From assembly GCA_965215265.1 (NCBI GenBank), contig OZ244048.1, positions 1,536,001 to 1,600,000 on the forward strand: DNA of 64,000 nt, given 5' to 3'. Source of the stretch: Candidatus Poribacteria bacterium (GTDB lineage: Bacteria > Poribacteria > WGA-4E > WGA-3G). The notes under the pieces were generated by a model. It saw only the letters and a list, made by a program, of their open reading frames with translations, was not told where the DNA came from and ran no database searches. A program made the position numbers and the translations under genes. Below, one piece after another: positions 10,679-19,628 of the stretch (positions are counted from its first letter, which is position 1; each line of letters begins with the position of its first letter).

Positions 10679-12803
10679 TCAACAGCATTCTCCTATTACA
10701 GGGACGACGATCCTCGCCATCATCACTGTTGTACTGGCGGCGGCTTGGATCGCGTTCGCCTATTATAAAGGCAGCGGCCCCATTCTGTTGTTGCATCCTA
10801 TTGTCGCTATCTTTCTGATCGTTCTGCTCATCCGGGTTTACCGGTGGATCGAGATAAAAATCATAGTCGGGTTAGAATTGCTGATGATCAGTTTGTGGCT
10901 TTTTGTCACCCTGCTTGATGTACTGATGCCGTTCCTACTCGGCTTCGGGTTTGCATATCTCTTCCGATTTCTCTTTCGTGCAATCCCCTTCTCGAAATCG
11001 TATCAACGTTGGATTGCGACTGTGCTAATCGTCTTTACTTGTGGGTTGCTTCTGTTTTGGACCGGGCGGCAGATAGGCCGTCAGGCTAGACAGATGAGCA
11101 ACGGCTTGCAAAGATTTTATTATGAATCGGTGCTACCCATTGTAGTTGGTGAAACGTTGGAGACAATGGCAGTTGATCGGATAGACGCAACATCCCCGGA
11201 TGCTGCCCCCCCGGATGTCTATCTCGGTACCAATCACGGTATCTATCGCCTCAATCCGAACCGGTCTGGAATCACAAATGGCGATATCGTCGGCAAACGG
11301 ATACAGACAATTGCTTTAACGGATAAGTTTATCTATGCGGGGACACCAGATGGACTTTATAGACGAGCGAAGACAGATGAGAAGGCAGTTTGGAAGAAAA
11401 TCGGTTTTGCAGATACGTCCGTTCAAACGCTCTGCACTATAGAAAGAGCTTCCACGCCAGAAATCTATGTCGGCACTTCTAAAGGGCTTTATAAAGGTGA
11501 TGGCGAAACGTGGTTACCCGTTGCTCCGGAGACATTTGGTGACATATCCATCGTGAGCGTCGTGAAAAGTCGACACAGCCTTTATGTCGCGGCCCGTCCA
11601 CCCAAATCCGCGTCGGCAGCTGCGGGCCCGCCCACCCGGAACCGGGCGGGCGGGCCCGCAGCACTGGATGGGACAAGGTTGTGGGTTCTGGAATTTTCAA
11701 GCATGATGTGGTCTGATTTCCCATCAAATGGGCTCCCGACAGTTAATATCCTCGCATCCGATGCCGATGCTATGTCGCCATTGCTGTCTGCAGGGACACC
11801 TACTGGCATCTATCAATTTAATGCGGAGCAGAATCTGTGGGAGGCCCGTGCAGGGGCAGAACACCTACCAGCATCTATTTCGCTATTAGGGTACTTAGGA
11901 GTTGGGCACCCGCCCAAATCCACCACCGAGCCGGCGCCCCAAGTTGACCGTCGTCAGTTCCTTTATGCCGGGGATAAGACTGTCATCCGGAGCAACGTTA
12001 CGGAGCAGTGGCCCCTGTTGGTTGAACAACATGTCGGTCTTCTTAACACTTATAAGGATTTGGATTTGGGAGGGGGGGAGCTCGGATTGCAGGTGAAGTC
12101 CTACCTGACGCAAAAGATACCGAGCCTTGCAGAAAGTACAGGCGACATTTTCAAGTGGAGTTCAGAGTTCGCCGGCTCGCTAGCCTTTAAGTTCGGCGGT
12201 TTTCTGGCTACAGTGACTTTCTCTTTCATTGTGTTTGTCTACGCCATTCAATCATTTGAGACCTATTTTCGCAATTTGACGCAGCTCATTCCGCATCCAC
12301 ACCGCGATGATGTCAGAACCTACCTGCGCGAGGTTGATGAGAACATGCAACAGTTTCTCAAAGGTCAATTCACAGTAATAGCGATCGTTTCTGTCGTCTC
12401 CTGCACGGCGTATTGGCTAATTGGGGTACCGTTCGCCCTGCTCATCGGCTTGTTGGCTGGACTCTGCAATGCGATTCCGACGTTCGGCCCGTTTATCGGC
12501 GGCGCGTTCGCGTTCACAGCGATGCTGATGGGATTGGCAGCAGGCGATTTCAGCATCATCGGGTTCCTGATACGTAGCGGTTTTGTGTTGGTGGCCATCC
12601 TCGGTATCCAGATGCTTGACAACTCGCTCATCTCGCCAAAAGTGATGAGCCGAGCCGTGGATGTCGATCCGTTGCTTATTATGTTTGGTGTCATTGTCGG
12701 TGGCGCTTTTCTCGGTTTTTGGGGTGTATTGCTAGCGATTCCGATTCTTGTTGTGATAAAATCCGTTATTCATGTCTGGCACACGCACGGAGTGGCAGGA
12801 TAG
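10656..12803 (+). CDS. AI-2E family transporter with inserted beta-propeller-like domain
   Basis: C-terminal GLLAGLCNAIPTFGPFIG, NSLISPKVM, GFWGVLLAIP; central repeats YLGTNHGIY/YAGTPDGLY/YVGTSKGLY. Confidence 0.8.
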   Translation: MVPRYTKNQQHSPITGTTILAIITVVLAAAWIAFAYYKGSGPILLLHPIVAIFLIVLLIRVYRWIEIKIIVGLELLMISLWLFVTLLDVLMPFLLGFGFAYLFRFLFRAIPFSKSYQRWIATVLIVFTCGLLLFWTGRQIGRQARQMSNGLQRFYYESVLPIVVGETLETMAVDRIDATSPDAAPPDVYLGTNHGIYRLNPNRSGITNGDIVGKRIQTIALTDKFIYAGTPDGLYRRAKTDEKAVWKKIGFADTSVQTLCTIERASTPEIYVGTSKGLYKGDGETWLPVAPETFGDISIVSVVKSRHSLYVAARPPKSASAAAGPPTRNRAGGPAALDGTRLWVLEFSSMMWSDFPSNGLPTVNILASDADAMSPLLSAGTPTGIYQFNAEQNLWEARAGAEHLPASISLLGYLGVGHPPKSTTEPAPQVDRRQFLYAGDKTVIRSNVTEQWPLLVEQHVGLLNTYKDLDLGGGELGLQVKSYLTQKIPSLAESTGDIFKWSSEFAGSLAFKFGGFLATVTFSFIVFVYAIQSFETYFRNLTQLIPHPHRDDVRTYLREVDENMQQFLKGQFTVIAIVSVVSCTAYWLIGVPFALLIGLLAGLCNAIPTFGPFIGGAFAFTAMLMGLAAGDFSIIGFLIRSGFVLVAILGIQMLDNSLISPKVMSRAVDVDPLLIMFGVIVGGAFLGFWGVLLAIPILVVIKSVIHVWHTHGVAG

Positions 12804-12872
12804 GTTCTTTGTCTGTCCTGAAGGACAGACACCCATTGGGAATACCGAACTTGCCAACCCGCTGGAAGCCGC

Positions 12873-12964
12873 TTTATGCTACGCTATGCCTAAGAAATCT
12901 CCGACGAGATTTACACACGAGCCCTCAAAAGCATAGACGTTGACGGTACGGAGATATACGAAAA
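12873..12964 (+). repeat. Dispersed repeat unit, A arm
   Basis: ccgacgagatttacacacgag...ggtacggagatatacgaaaa ending 4 nt before der ATG. Confidence 0.9.
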
Positions 12965-12968
12965 CGTT

Positions 12969-14345
12969 ATGAAACCAGAAGCAAATCAAAATTACCAACG
13001 ACCTTCTTCTCTGCCAGTTGTGGCGATTATCGGCAGGCCAAATGTCGGCAAATCCTCTCTCTTTAATCGCATCACAGCCGTTGCCAGCGGTGCAAAAACG
13101 GCGAAAAAAAAGGCCGTCGTTCACGATACTGCTGGGGTGACACGCGATAGAAACTACGCAGCTGCTGAATGGGCGGAACAGCGTTTTACGATTGTAGACA
13201 CCGGCGGCTTAGATACCGATGCGGACGATCGGCTGATTCATAACGTTCAGCTGCAGGTAGATACGGCGTTAGCCGAAGCGTCTCTAATCCTCTTCGTTGT
13301 TGATGCCCGGACCGGTGTGATGCCTCACGATAGCACCATTGCAGACAAACTCCGTGCTGCCAATAAACCGATTTTCCTCGTTGTCAATAAGGTAGATAGC
13401 GAAAGATTGCGTAACGATGCAGCGGAATTTTATGCCCTCGGATTGGGAGAGCCCCTTTTAATCTCGTGTATCCAGAACGAAGGTATTTTGTCGCTGCTGG
13501 ATGAAGTGATAGAGGAACTGCCAGAACCCGAGGCAGATGAGATAGGCGAAGCGGCGCGCTTGATAAAAATCGCGATGGTCGGAAGACCCAACGTTGGAAA
13601 ATCATCACTCATCAACAGGTTACTCGGTGAAGATAGGATGATTGTTGACGACCGGCCCGGAACGACACGGGATGCGGTTAATATCCGCGTGAGCCATGAT
13701 AATATCCCATTTGAAATTGTTGACACGGCAGGCATGCGGCGCAAATCTGCCATAAACGATGAATTGGAATCGGAAACCGTGCAGCGTGCCATCCACAGTA
13801 TCCGTCAAAGCGATATTGCAGTGCTCGTTTTAGATTGCACGCTTCCTGTTGCGCAACAAGATAAGACGATTGCCAATTTTATCCAGCGACACGGCAAAGC
13901 TTCCATACTCGCAATAAATAAATGGGATTTGATTGAAAAGGACAACACCACGCATGGTGCGTTTATGGAAATGCTCGCGATGCAGTTACCAGGGTTCGAG
14001 TATGTGCCCCGCGTCTTCGTTTCCGCCGTCACAGGACAGCGCGTGACTACGATTCTTGACGCTGCGCTTCAGGTATATCGCGAGTATTGTACGCGCATCC
14101 CGACACCGACGCTGAACCGGATGCTAGTAGAGTGGCGTAATGCCTATCCGCCGCCGCGTGTCAAAGGCGTCCGACCCGCACTCAAATATATCACACAAAT
14201 TGAGACAAAACCGCCGACGTTCCTGATTTTCGGACGGAATCTCCATCGAATCCGCCCACCATATCAGGCATACCTCGTTAACAACCTGCGCAAAGAATTT
14301 GGGTTCCACGGCACACCCATACGCATCTATTACCGACATTCATAA
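12969..14345 (+). CDS. der: Ribosome biogenesis GTPase Der (EngA)
   Basis: Two G domains (GRPNVGKSS twice, DTGG/DTAG, NKVD/NKWD) and KH-like tail. Confidence 0.97.
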   Translation: MKPEANQNYQRPSSLPVVAIIGRPNVGKSSLFNRITAVASGAKTAKKKAVVHDTAGVTRDRNYAAAEWAEQRFTIVDTGGLDTDADDRLIHNVQLQVDTALAEASLILFVVDARTGVMPHDSTIADKLRAANKPIFLVVNKVDSERLRNDAAEFYALGLGEPLLISCIQNEGILSLLDEVIEELPEPEADEIGEAARLIKIAMVGRPNVGKSSLINRLLGEDRMIVDDRPGTTRDAVNIRVSHDNIPFEIVDTAGMRRKSAINDELESETVQRAIHSIRQSDIAVLVLDCTLPVAQQDKTIANFIQRHGKASILAINKWDLIEKDNTTHGAFMEMLAMQLPGFEYVPRVFVSAVTGQRVTTILDAALQVYREYCTRIPTPTLNRMLVEWRNAYPPPRVKGVRPALKYITQIETKPPTFLIFGRNLHRIRPPYQAYLVNNLRKEFGFHGTPIRIYYRHS

Positions 14346-14362
14346 CGCGAAAGGAGGGAGTC

Positions 14363-15337
14363 TTGTCCAGATTCAAAGTTTTTATCACACGTCCCATTCC
14401 GCAGCAGATTGTTGACGCGATGGCATCGGAATGCGAAATAGATATGTGGCACACGAGTGCCATCCTACCGCCCATTGCTGAAAAAATCGGCCCGCTTGAT
14501 GGTTTGATGACTTACGGGCATGAACCGGTTTCCGCTGAAATGATTAACACCGCTCCAAATCTGAAGGCGATTTCCGTCGTTGGAGTCGGCTACGACCATG
14601 TGGATGTGGCAGCATGCAGAGAACGCGGGATTGCCCTCGGGCACACGCCCGGCATCCTCAGCGATACGACTGCTGACATGACGATGGCGCTCTTGCTCGC
14701 TGCTTCGCGTAACATTGTGCCGGCTTACCGACATGTCCAATTGAACAAAAGGTGGAGCTACTACGATCCGAACATTCTCTGGGGTTACGACGTACATCAC
14801 GCCACGTTGGGCATCGTCGGGATGGGGCGCATCGGGTACGCCGTCGCAAAGCGGGCCTCCGCATTTGACATGCGCGTCCTCTATTACAAACGCAGCCGCA
14901 GGCATGATTGGGAAGAAGCGCTCGGTATTGAATACGCCCAACTTGAACAACTCCTCCAAACCGCAGATTTCGTGACACTCCACGTGCCGTTGACAGATGA
15001 AACGTACCATCTTATCGGAGCAAAGGAATTCAAACTCATGAAACCGACCGCCATTTTAGTCAATATCGCAAGGGGACCTGTGGTCGACCACGATGCGTTA
15101 TATAGCGCCTTGAGCGATGGGGAGATTGCAGGAGCTGCGCTTGACGTAACGGAACCGGAGCCTATTAACACAGATCATCCGCTTCTCACCCTGGATAACC
15201 TGCTCATCGCACCGCATCTCGGGAGCGCAACAATCCAGACACGCACCAAGATGGCGACTATGGCAATGGAAAACTTACTTGCTGGACTAAAAGGGGAACA
15301 GCTGCCTTACGCAGTGCTTCAACCAAAGCCTGCATAA
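14363..15337 (+). CDS. D-glycerate dehydrogenase / glyoxylate reductase family
   Basis: GMGRIG, NIARG, LDVTEPEP, PHLGSAT; AGGAGG upstream of TTG. Confidence 0.9.
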   Translation: MSRFKVFITRPIPQQIVDAMASECEIDMWHTSAILPPIAEKIGPLDGLMTYGHEPVSAEMINTAPNLKAISVVGVGYDHVDVAACRERGIALGHTPGILSDTTADMTMALLLAASRNIVPAYRHVQLNKRWSYYDPNILWGYDVHHATLGIVGMGRIGYAVAKRASAFDMRVLYYKRSRRHDWEEALGIEYAQLEQLLQTADFVTLHVPLTDETYHLIGAKEFKLMKPTAILVNIARGPVVDHDALYSALSDGEIAGAALDVTEPEPINTDHPLLTLDNLLIAPHLGSATIQTRTKMATMAMENLLAGLKGEQLPYAVLQPKPA

Positions 15338-15478
15338 AGCCCTCCGATTCGTTTTGCTTTTTTGAGCAATTGAAGGTTTCGTAAACTTACCTATCCTGCC
15401 ACTCGTCTGAGCGGTTTAGGGTTTTATTTCAGAGGGTTTTGCTTTAGATAATGATATTGGGTTTTGTCTGCCCGATTT

Positions 15479-15760
15479 TTAGAATATCGAAGACATCCCC
15501 ATTGACGCGAAAACTCCCACCCATCCAACTCCTGCGATTGTAGCGTTTACCAGCTCCACACTCTTAGGAACAATAATAGACTTTCGCTTGAAACGTCCGA
15601 ACCCCTGCCGCATTAAACCATTGTTCCGCTCAATGTGATGTGTTTCAGTTTTCGTCTGAATCAATACATCTGCTCGGATAAGACTCTTATACGGTTGCCA
15701 ATCATCGGTGTAATACACCTTCACTTGCCAGGGCACCAAGCGTTTGAGAAGTTGTGATCT
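15479..15760 (-). mobile_element. IS1-family transposase (InsB-like) remnant
   Basis: YYTDDWQPY...THHIERNN...RFKRKS resembles the IS1 InsB C-terminus; N-terminus absent. Confidence 0.7.
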
Positions 15761-15821
15761 ATTTTTGCTTAAGGATACCTTATCTGTTTTTCGGTGTCAA
15801 TAAAAATCCATCTGATTTTTA

Positions 15822-15850
15822 TTGACAGGTTTTTCAACATCTGTTATACT
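15822..15850 (+). promoter_or_regulatory. Sigma70-type promoter of the helicase/methyltransferase locus
   Basis: TTGACA-17 nt-TATACT with TG extension; -35 lies in a perfect 14-bp inverted repeat (15795-15827). Confidence 0.7.
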
Positions 15851-15937
15851 TTAACTAATTATGAAATAAGTGAGTGTGATACCCCAAGGATTAAAGAGCC
15901 CAGAGTCGTATCATTATTTTACGAAAAACTCTCTTAT

Positions 15938-16017
15938 TTCAAAACCTCGAAGGGCTCCGACGAGATTTACACACGAGTACTCACGACATCAGCGATGACG
16001 GGACTGAAATATACGAA
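15938..16017 (+). repeat. Dispersed repeat unit, A-arm variant
   Basis: ggctccgacgagatttacacacgag...gggactgaaatatacgaa directly abutting ATG 16018. Confidence 0.85.
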
Positions 16018-19000
16018 ATGCCTAGAATTTTTGATAATATAGACCAGCAACTGCTACCCGAGCTTCAACAGACACTTGAAACCGCCACGCATGCAGATTT
16101 TTGTGTCGGCTATTTTAACCTGCGAGGGTGGAGAAAGGTCAATGCTTACATTCAGAAGTGGGGCGGTGGTGAAGGTGCATGTTGCCGCCTGTTAGTCGGG
16201 ATGCAACGATTGCCGCAAGAAGAGCTCCGCGAGGCCAGACGGCTCGATCAGCAGAGCCATGGCATAGACAATCAGAGCGCGAGTCGTCTCAAACGAAGAT
16301 TAGCAGAAGAGTTCCGAGAACAGTTGACCGTCGGTTTTCCGACGCGTGAGGACGAAAACGGTTTGCGTCAATTGGCACAGCAGATTCGTGACGAGAAGGT
16401 GAAGGTAAAACTATTTCTCCGACATCCGCTTCACGCGAAACTCTATCTGCTCTACCGATCTGACCCGATTACGCCAATTGTCGGCTACCTCGGCAGTAGC
16501 AACCTAACGCTTGCCGGCCTGTCCCAGCAAGGAGAACTCAACGTTGATGTTGTTGACTTAGATGCTTGCGAGAAACTAGCGGAGTGGTTTGAAGCACGTT
16601 GGGAAGACTGGTGGTGTATTGATATTTCGGATGAATTGGTCGAAATTATTGAACAGAGCTGGGCGCGTGAAGAGTTCATTCCGCCCTATCACATTTACAT
16701 TAAAATGGCGTATCATCTCTCACAGGAAGCGCGCGCCGGATTGACTGAATTTCAGATTCCGCGCGAATTTCAAGGCAAACTCTTTGAATTTCAGACCGCT
16801 GCTGTTAAAATCGCAGCGCATCACCTGAATAGACGCGGCGGGGTGCTCATCGGCGATGTTGTTGGGCTCGGCAAAACGCTCATGGGAACGGCCCTCGCGC
16901 GCATACAAGAAGATGATTACGGACTTGAAACCTTAATTATCTGTCCGAAAAACCTAGTCAAGATGTGGGAAAATTATCGATACGAGTATCACCTGCGTGC
17001 GAGGGTGCTCTCCATTAGCCGAGTCATCAATGAGTTGCCCAACCTTCGCCGCTATCGTCTCGTCATGATTGACGAAAGCCATAACCTCAGAAACCGTGAG
17101 GGCAAACGCTACAAGGCTATTCAGGAATATATCCACGAAAATGAGAGCAAGGTTATCCTCCTCTCTGCAACGCCCTACAACAAAACCTATCTGGATCTCT
17201 CTAATCAGCTCCGCCTTTTTGTAGACGAAACTGAAGACCTGGGCATCCGTCCAGAGCAATATATCAAGAGGTTAGGTGGTGAAAGCGAGTTTATTCGCAA
17301 ACACCAAAGTGGGGCCCGGACGCTAAAAGCGTTTGAACAGAGCGAGTACATTGACGATTGGCGTGAACTGATGCGCCGGTATCTTGTCCGCCGCACGCGC
17401 AGTTTCATCATGGAGAACTACGCCGAAACCGAGCCGGAGACAGAACGCAAGTTCCTCGCCTTTGCCGATGGGACGTGCTCCTACTTCCCGATACGCGTTC
17501 CAAAAACAGTCCAGTTCTGCATTGATGAAGCAGACCCGGACGATACCTACGCCCAGTTATATTCTGCTTATGTTGTGAACATCATTAGCAATCTCAAACT
17601 GGCGCGATACGGACTCGCCAATTACATTCTTGATACGCCCACGGAACCGCCGACACAAGCAGAGCAGCAACAGTTGAATAACCTCTCCCGTGCTGGGCAA
17701 CGGCTGATCGGCTTCAGCCGGACGAACCTTTTCAAACGTCTTGAAAGTAGCGGGCAGGTGTTCATCCAGTCCGTAGCTCGGCACATCCTACGAAACTATA
17801 TTTTCCTCCACGCCATCGAGAACGACCAGCCGCTGCCAATTGGCGGACAAAACGCTGAAATGCTCGATCCTCGTTTCTACGATGGAGATACTGACGATGT
17901 TAATTTTACTTCAGATCCGTTTGATGAAGACGATGATGAGACACAAATTGATAGGACTCACGCGCAACCCACGTCCAATACAGTTGATTCCTTCAAACAG
18001 CGCGCCGCAGATGTCTATCAACGGTACACGACAGAATATAAGAGCAGGTTCAAGTGGATGCGTCCTGATCTTTTCCGGGGCTCGCTTCACGAAGAGCTGA
18101 CTGAAGACGCACACGCGCTACTAGACATCTTGCAACGGTATGGCGACTGGGATACCGAGAAAGACGCAAAACTCAACGCGCTTGAAAACCTCTTAACCCA
18201 GGTACACCCGGAAGATAAAGTATTGGTTTTCACCCAGTTTGCGGATACGGTGAAGTATTTGACAGATACCCTCTCAGCGCGCGGACTAACACAAATCGCT
18301 GCGGTAACCGGCGATTCGGCAGATCCCACCGCTTTGGCACACCGCTTTAGTCCTATTAGCAACAATAGTAAGGCGGAAGATGAGCTGCGAGTACTGATTA
18401 GCACTGATGTGCTGAGTGAAGGACAGAATTTACAAGATTGTTCAATTGTTGTCAACTACGACTTACCGTGGGCAATTATACGGTTGGTTCAACGCGCCGG
18501 ACGCGTCGACCGGATAGGTCAACACGCTGAAAATATTTTGTGCTATTCGTTTTTACCTGCAGACGGAGTGGAACGCATTATTAACTTGCGCGGTCGTGTG
18601 CGTACACGGTTGCTTGAAAACGCTAAAGTTGTGGGAGCCGACGAGGCATTTTTTGAAGATGACGGGGTACGTGGTGAAGAGGCAATTCTTAACCTTTACC
18701 ACGAGCAGGCAGGCTTGCTTGATGATGAACAGGACAACGATGTCGATCTTGCCTCGTACGCTTATCAGATTTGGAAAAACGCCATTACACAAGATGCATC
18801 CTTAGAACGAATCGTTTCTGAACTCCCCGCTGTCGTCTATTCAACCCGGTCGCATGAGCCAACGGAACCGGAGCCGGAAGGCGCGCTGGTTTACATCCGG
18901 ATAGGGCAGGAAAACGACGCGCTGGCATGGATAGCCCGAGATGGACAGAGCGTCACGGAATCGCAGTTCGCAATTCTCCAAGCCGCAGCGTGTGAACCAG

Positions 19001-19407
19001 ATACAAAGGCACTGTCACCGCTTGAAGAACACCACCACCTCGTGCAAGAAGCCGCTCGACGGATGGTTTCTGAAGAACGTCCCGTTGGCGGACAACTCGG
19101 ACAACCGTCGGGGGCACGTTTCCGTACCTACAAACGCCTGAAGCAATACGCCAACAACGTCCAAAATACCTTATTTTCTACACACGAACTTAGAAGCGCC
19201 ATTGGTGATATCTATCGCTACCCTCTCCGTCAAAACGCAACGGATACGCTCAATCGCCAACTCCGTAGCGGTATTTCAGATGATGACTTGGTGGCACTCG
19301 TAACCGATTTGTGGAACGAAGACCGGCTCTGTCTAATTGAAGAAGAAAAAGAGAGGCAAGAATCACAGATTGTCTGTTCATTGGGGCTTAGTGCAAGTGA
19401 GGCATGA
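16018..19407 (+). CDS. PLD-nuclease domain fused to SNF2-like SF2 helicase (restriction component)
   Basis: LHAKLY...GSSNLT (HKD-like), GDVVGLGKT, DESH, SAT, SEGQNLQD, QRAGRVDRIGQ. Confidence 0.88.
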   Translation: MPRIFDNIDQQLLPELQQTLETATHADFCVGYFNLRGWRKVNAYIQKWGGGEGACCRLLVGMQRLPQEELREARRLDQQSHGIDNQSASRLKRRLAEEFREQLTVGFPTREDENGLRQLAQQIRDEKVKVKLFLRHPLHAKLYLLYRSDPITPIVGYLGSSNLTLAGLSQQGELNVDVVDLDACEKLAEWFEARWEDWWCIDISDELVEIIEQSWAREEFIPPYHIYIKMAYHLSQEARAGLTEFQIPREFQGKLFEFQTAAVKIAAHHLNRRGGVLIGDVVGLGKTLMGTALARIQEDDYGLETLIICPKNLVKMWENYRYEYHLRARVLSISRVINELPNLRRYRLVMIDESHNLRNREGKRYKAIQEYIHENESKVILLSATPYNKTYLDLSNQLRLFVDETEDLGIRPEQYIKRLGGESEFIRKHQSGARTLKAFEQSEYIDDWRELMRRYLVRRTRSFIMENYAETEPETERKFLAFADGTCSYFPIRVPKTVQFCIDEADPDDTYAQLYSAYVVNIISNLKLARYGLANYILDTPTEPPTQAEQQQLNNLSRAGQRLIGFSRTNLFKRLESSGQVFIQSVARHILRNYIFLHAIENDQPLPIGGQNAEMLDPRFYDGDTDDVNFTSDPFDEDDDETQIDRTHAQPTSNTVDSFKQRAADVYQRYTTEYKSRFKWMRPDLFRGSLHEELTEDAHALLDILQRYGDWDTEKDAKLNALENLLTQVHPEDKVLVFTQFADTVKYLTDTLSARGLTQIAAVTGDSADPTALAHRFSPISNNSKAEDELRVLISTDVLSEGQNLQDCSIVVNYDLPWAIIRLVQRAGRVDRIGQHAENILCYSFLPADGVERIINLRGRVRTRLLENAKVVGADEAFFEDDGVRGEEAILNLYHEQAGLLDDEQDNDVDLASYAYQIWKNAITQDASLERIVSELPAVVYSTRSHEPTEPEPEGALVYIRIGQENDALAWIARDGQSVTESQFAILQAAACEPDTKALSPLEEHHHLVQEAARRMVSEERPVGGQLGQPSGARFRTYKRLKQYANNVQNTLFSTHELRSAIGDIYRYPLRQNATDTLNRQLRSGISDDDLVALVTDLWNEDRLCLIEEEKERQESQIVCSLGLSASEA

Positions 19408-19421
19408 ACCTTCGGAGCCGT

Positions 19422-19615
19422 TTATGTTTAGACTTCAAAAGACTATACCTAAGCAATCTTCAACGAGATTTTTTAGTATATTGCAGCACAACAAAGGCTG
19501 CTGCTATGCTAAGTCCTTTACAAATCTCGCTCTTTTTCGTATATCTCCGTACCATCAACGCTTAGGTATTGATTAACAATACATCAGGCGTTGTGGGGCT
19601 CCAGTATACAAAAAA
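19422..19615. repeat. Scrambled cluster of four repeat-unit fragments in both orientations
   Basis: caacgagattt (+), inverted B arm, inverted A end tttttcgtatatctccgtacc, B end ggggctccagtatacaaaaaa (+). Confidence 0.8.
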
Positions 19616-19628
19616 CAGGGAAACACCG

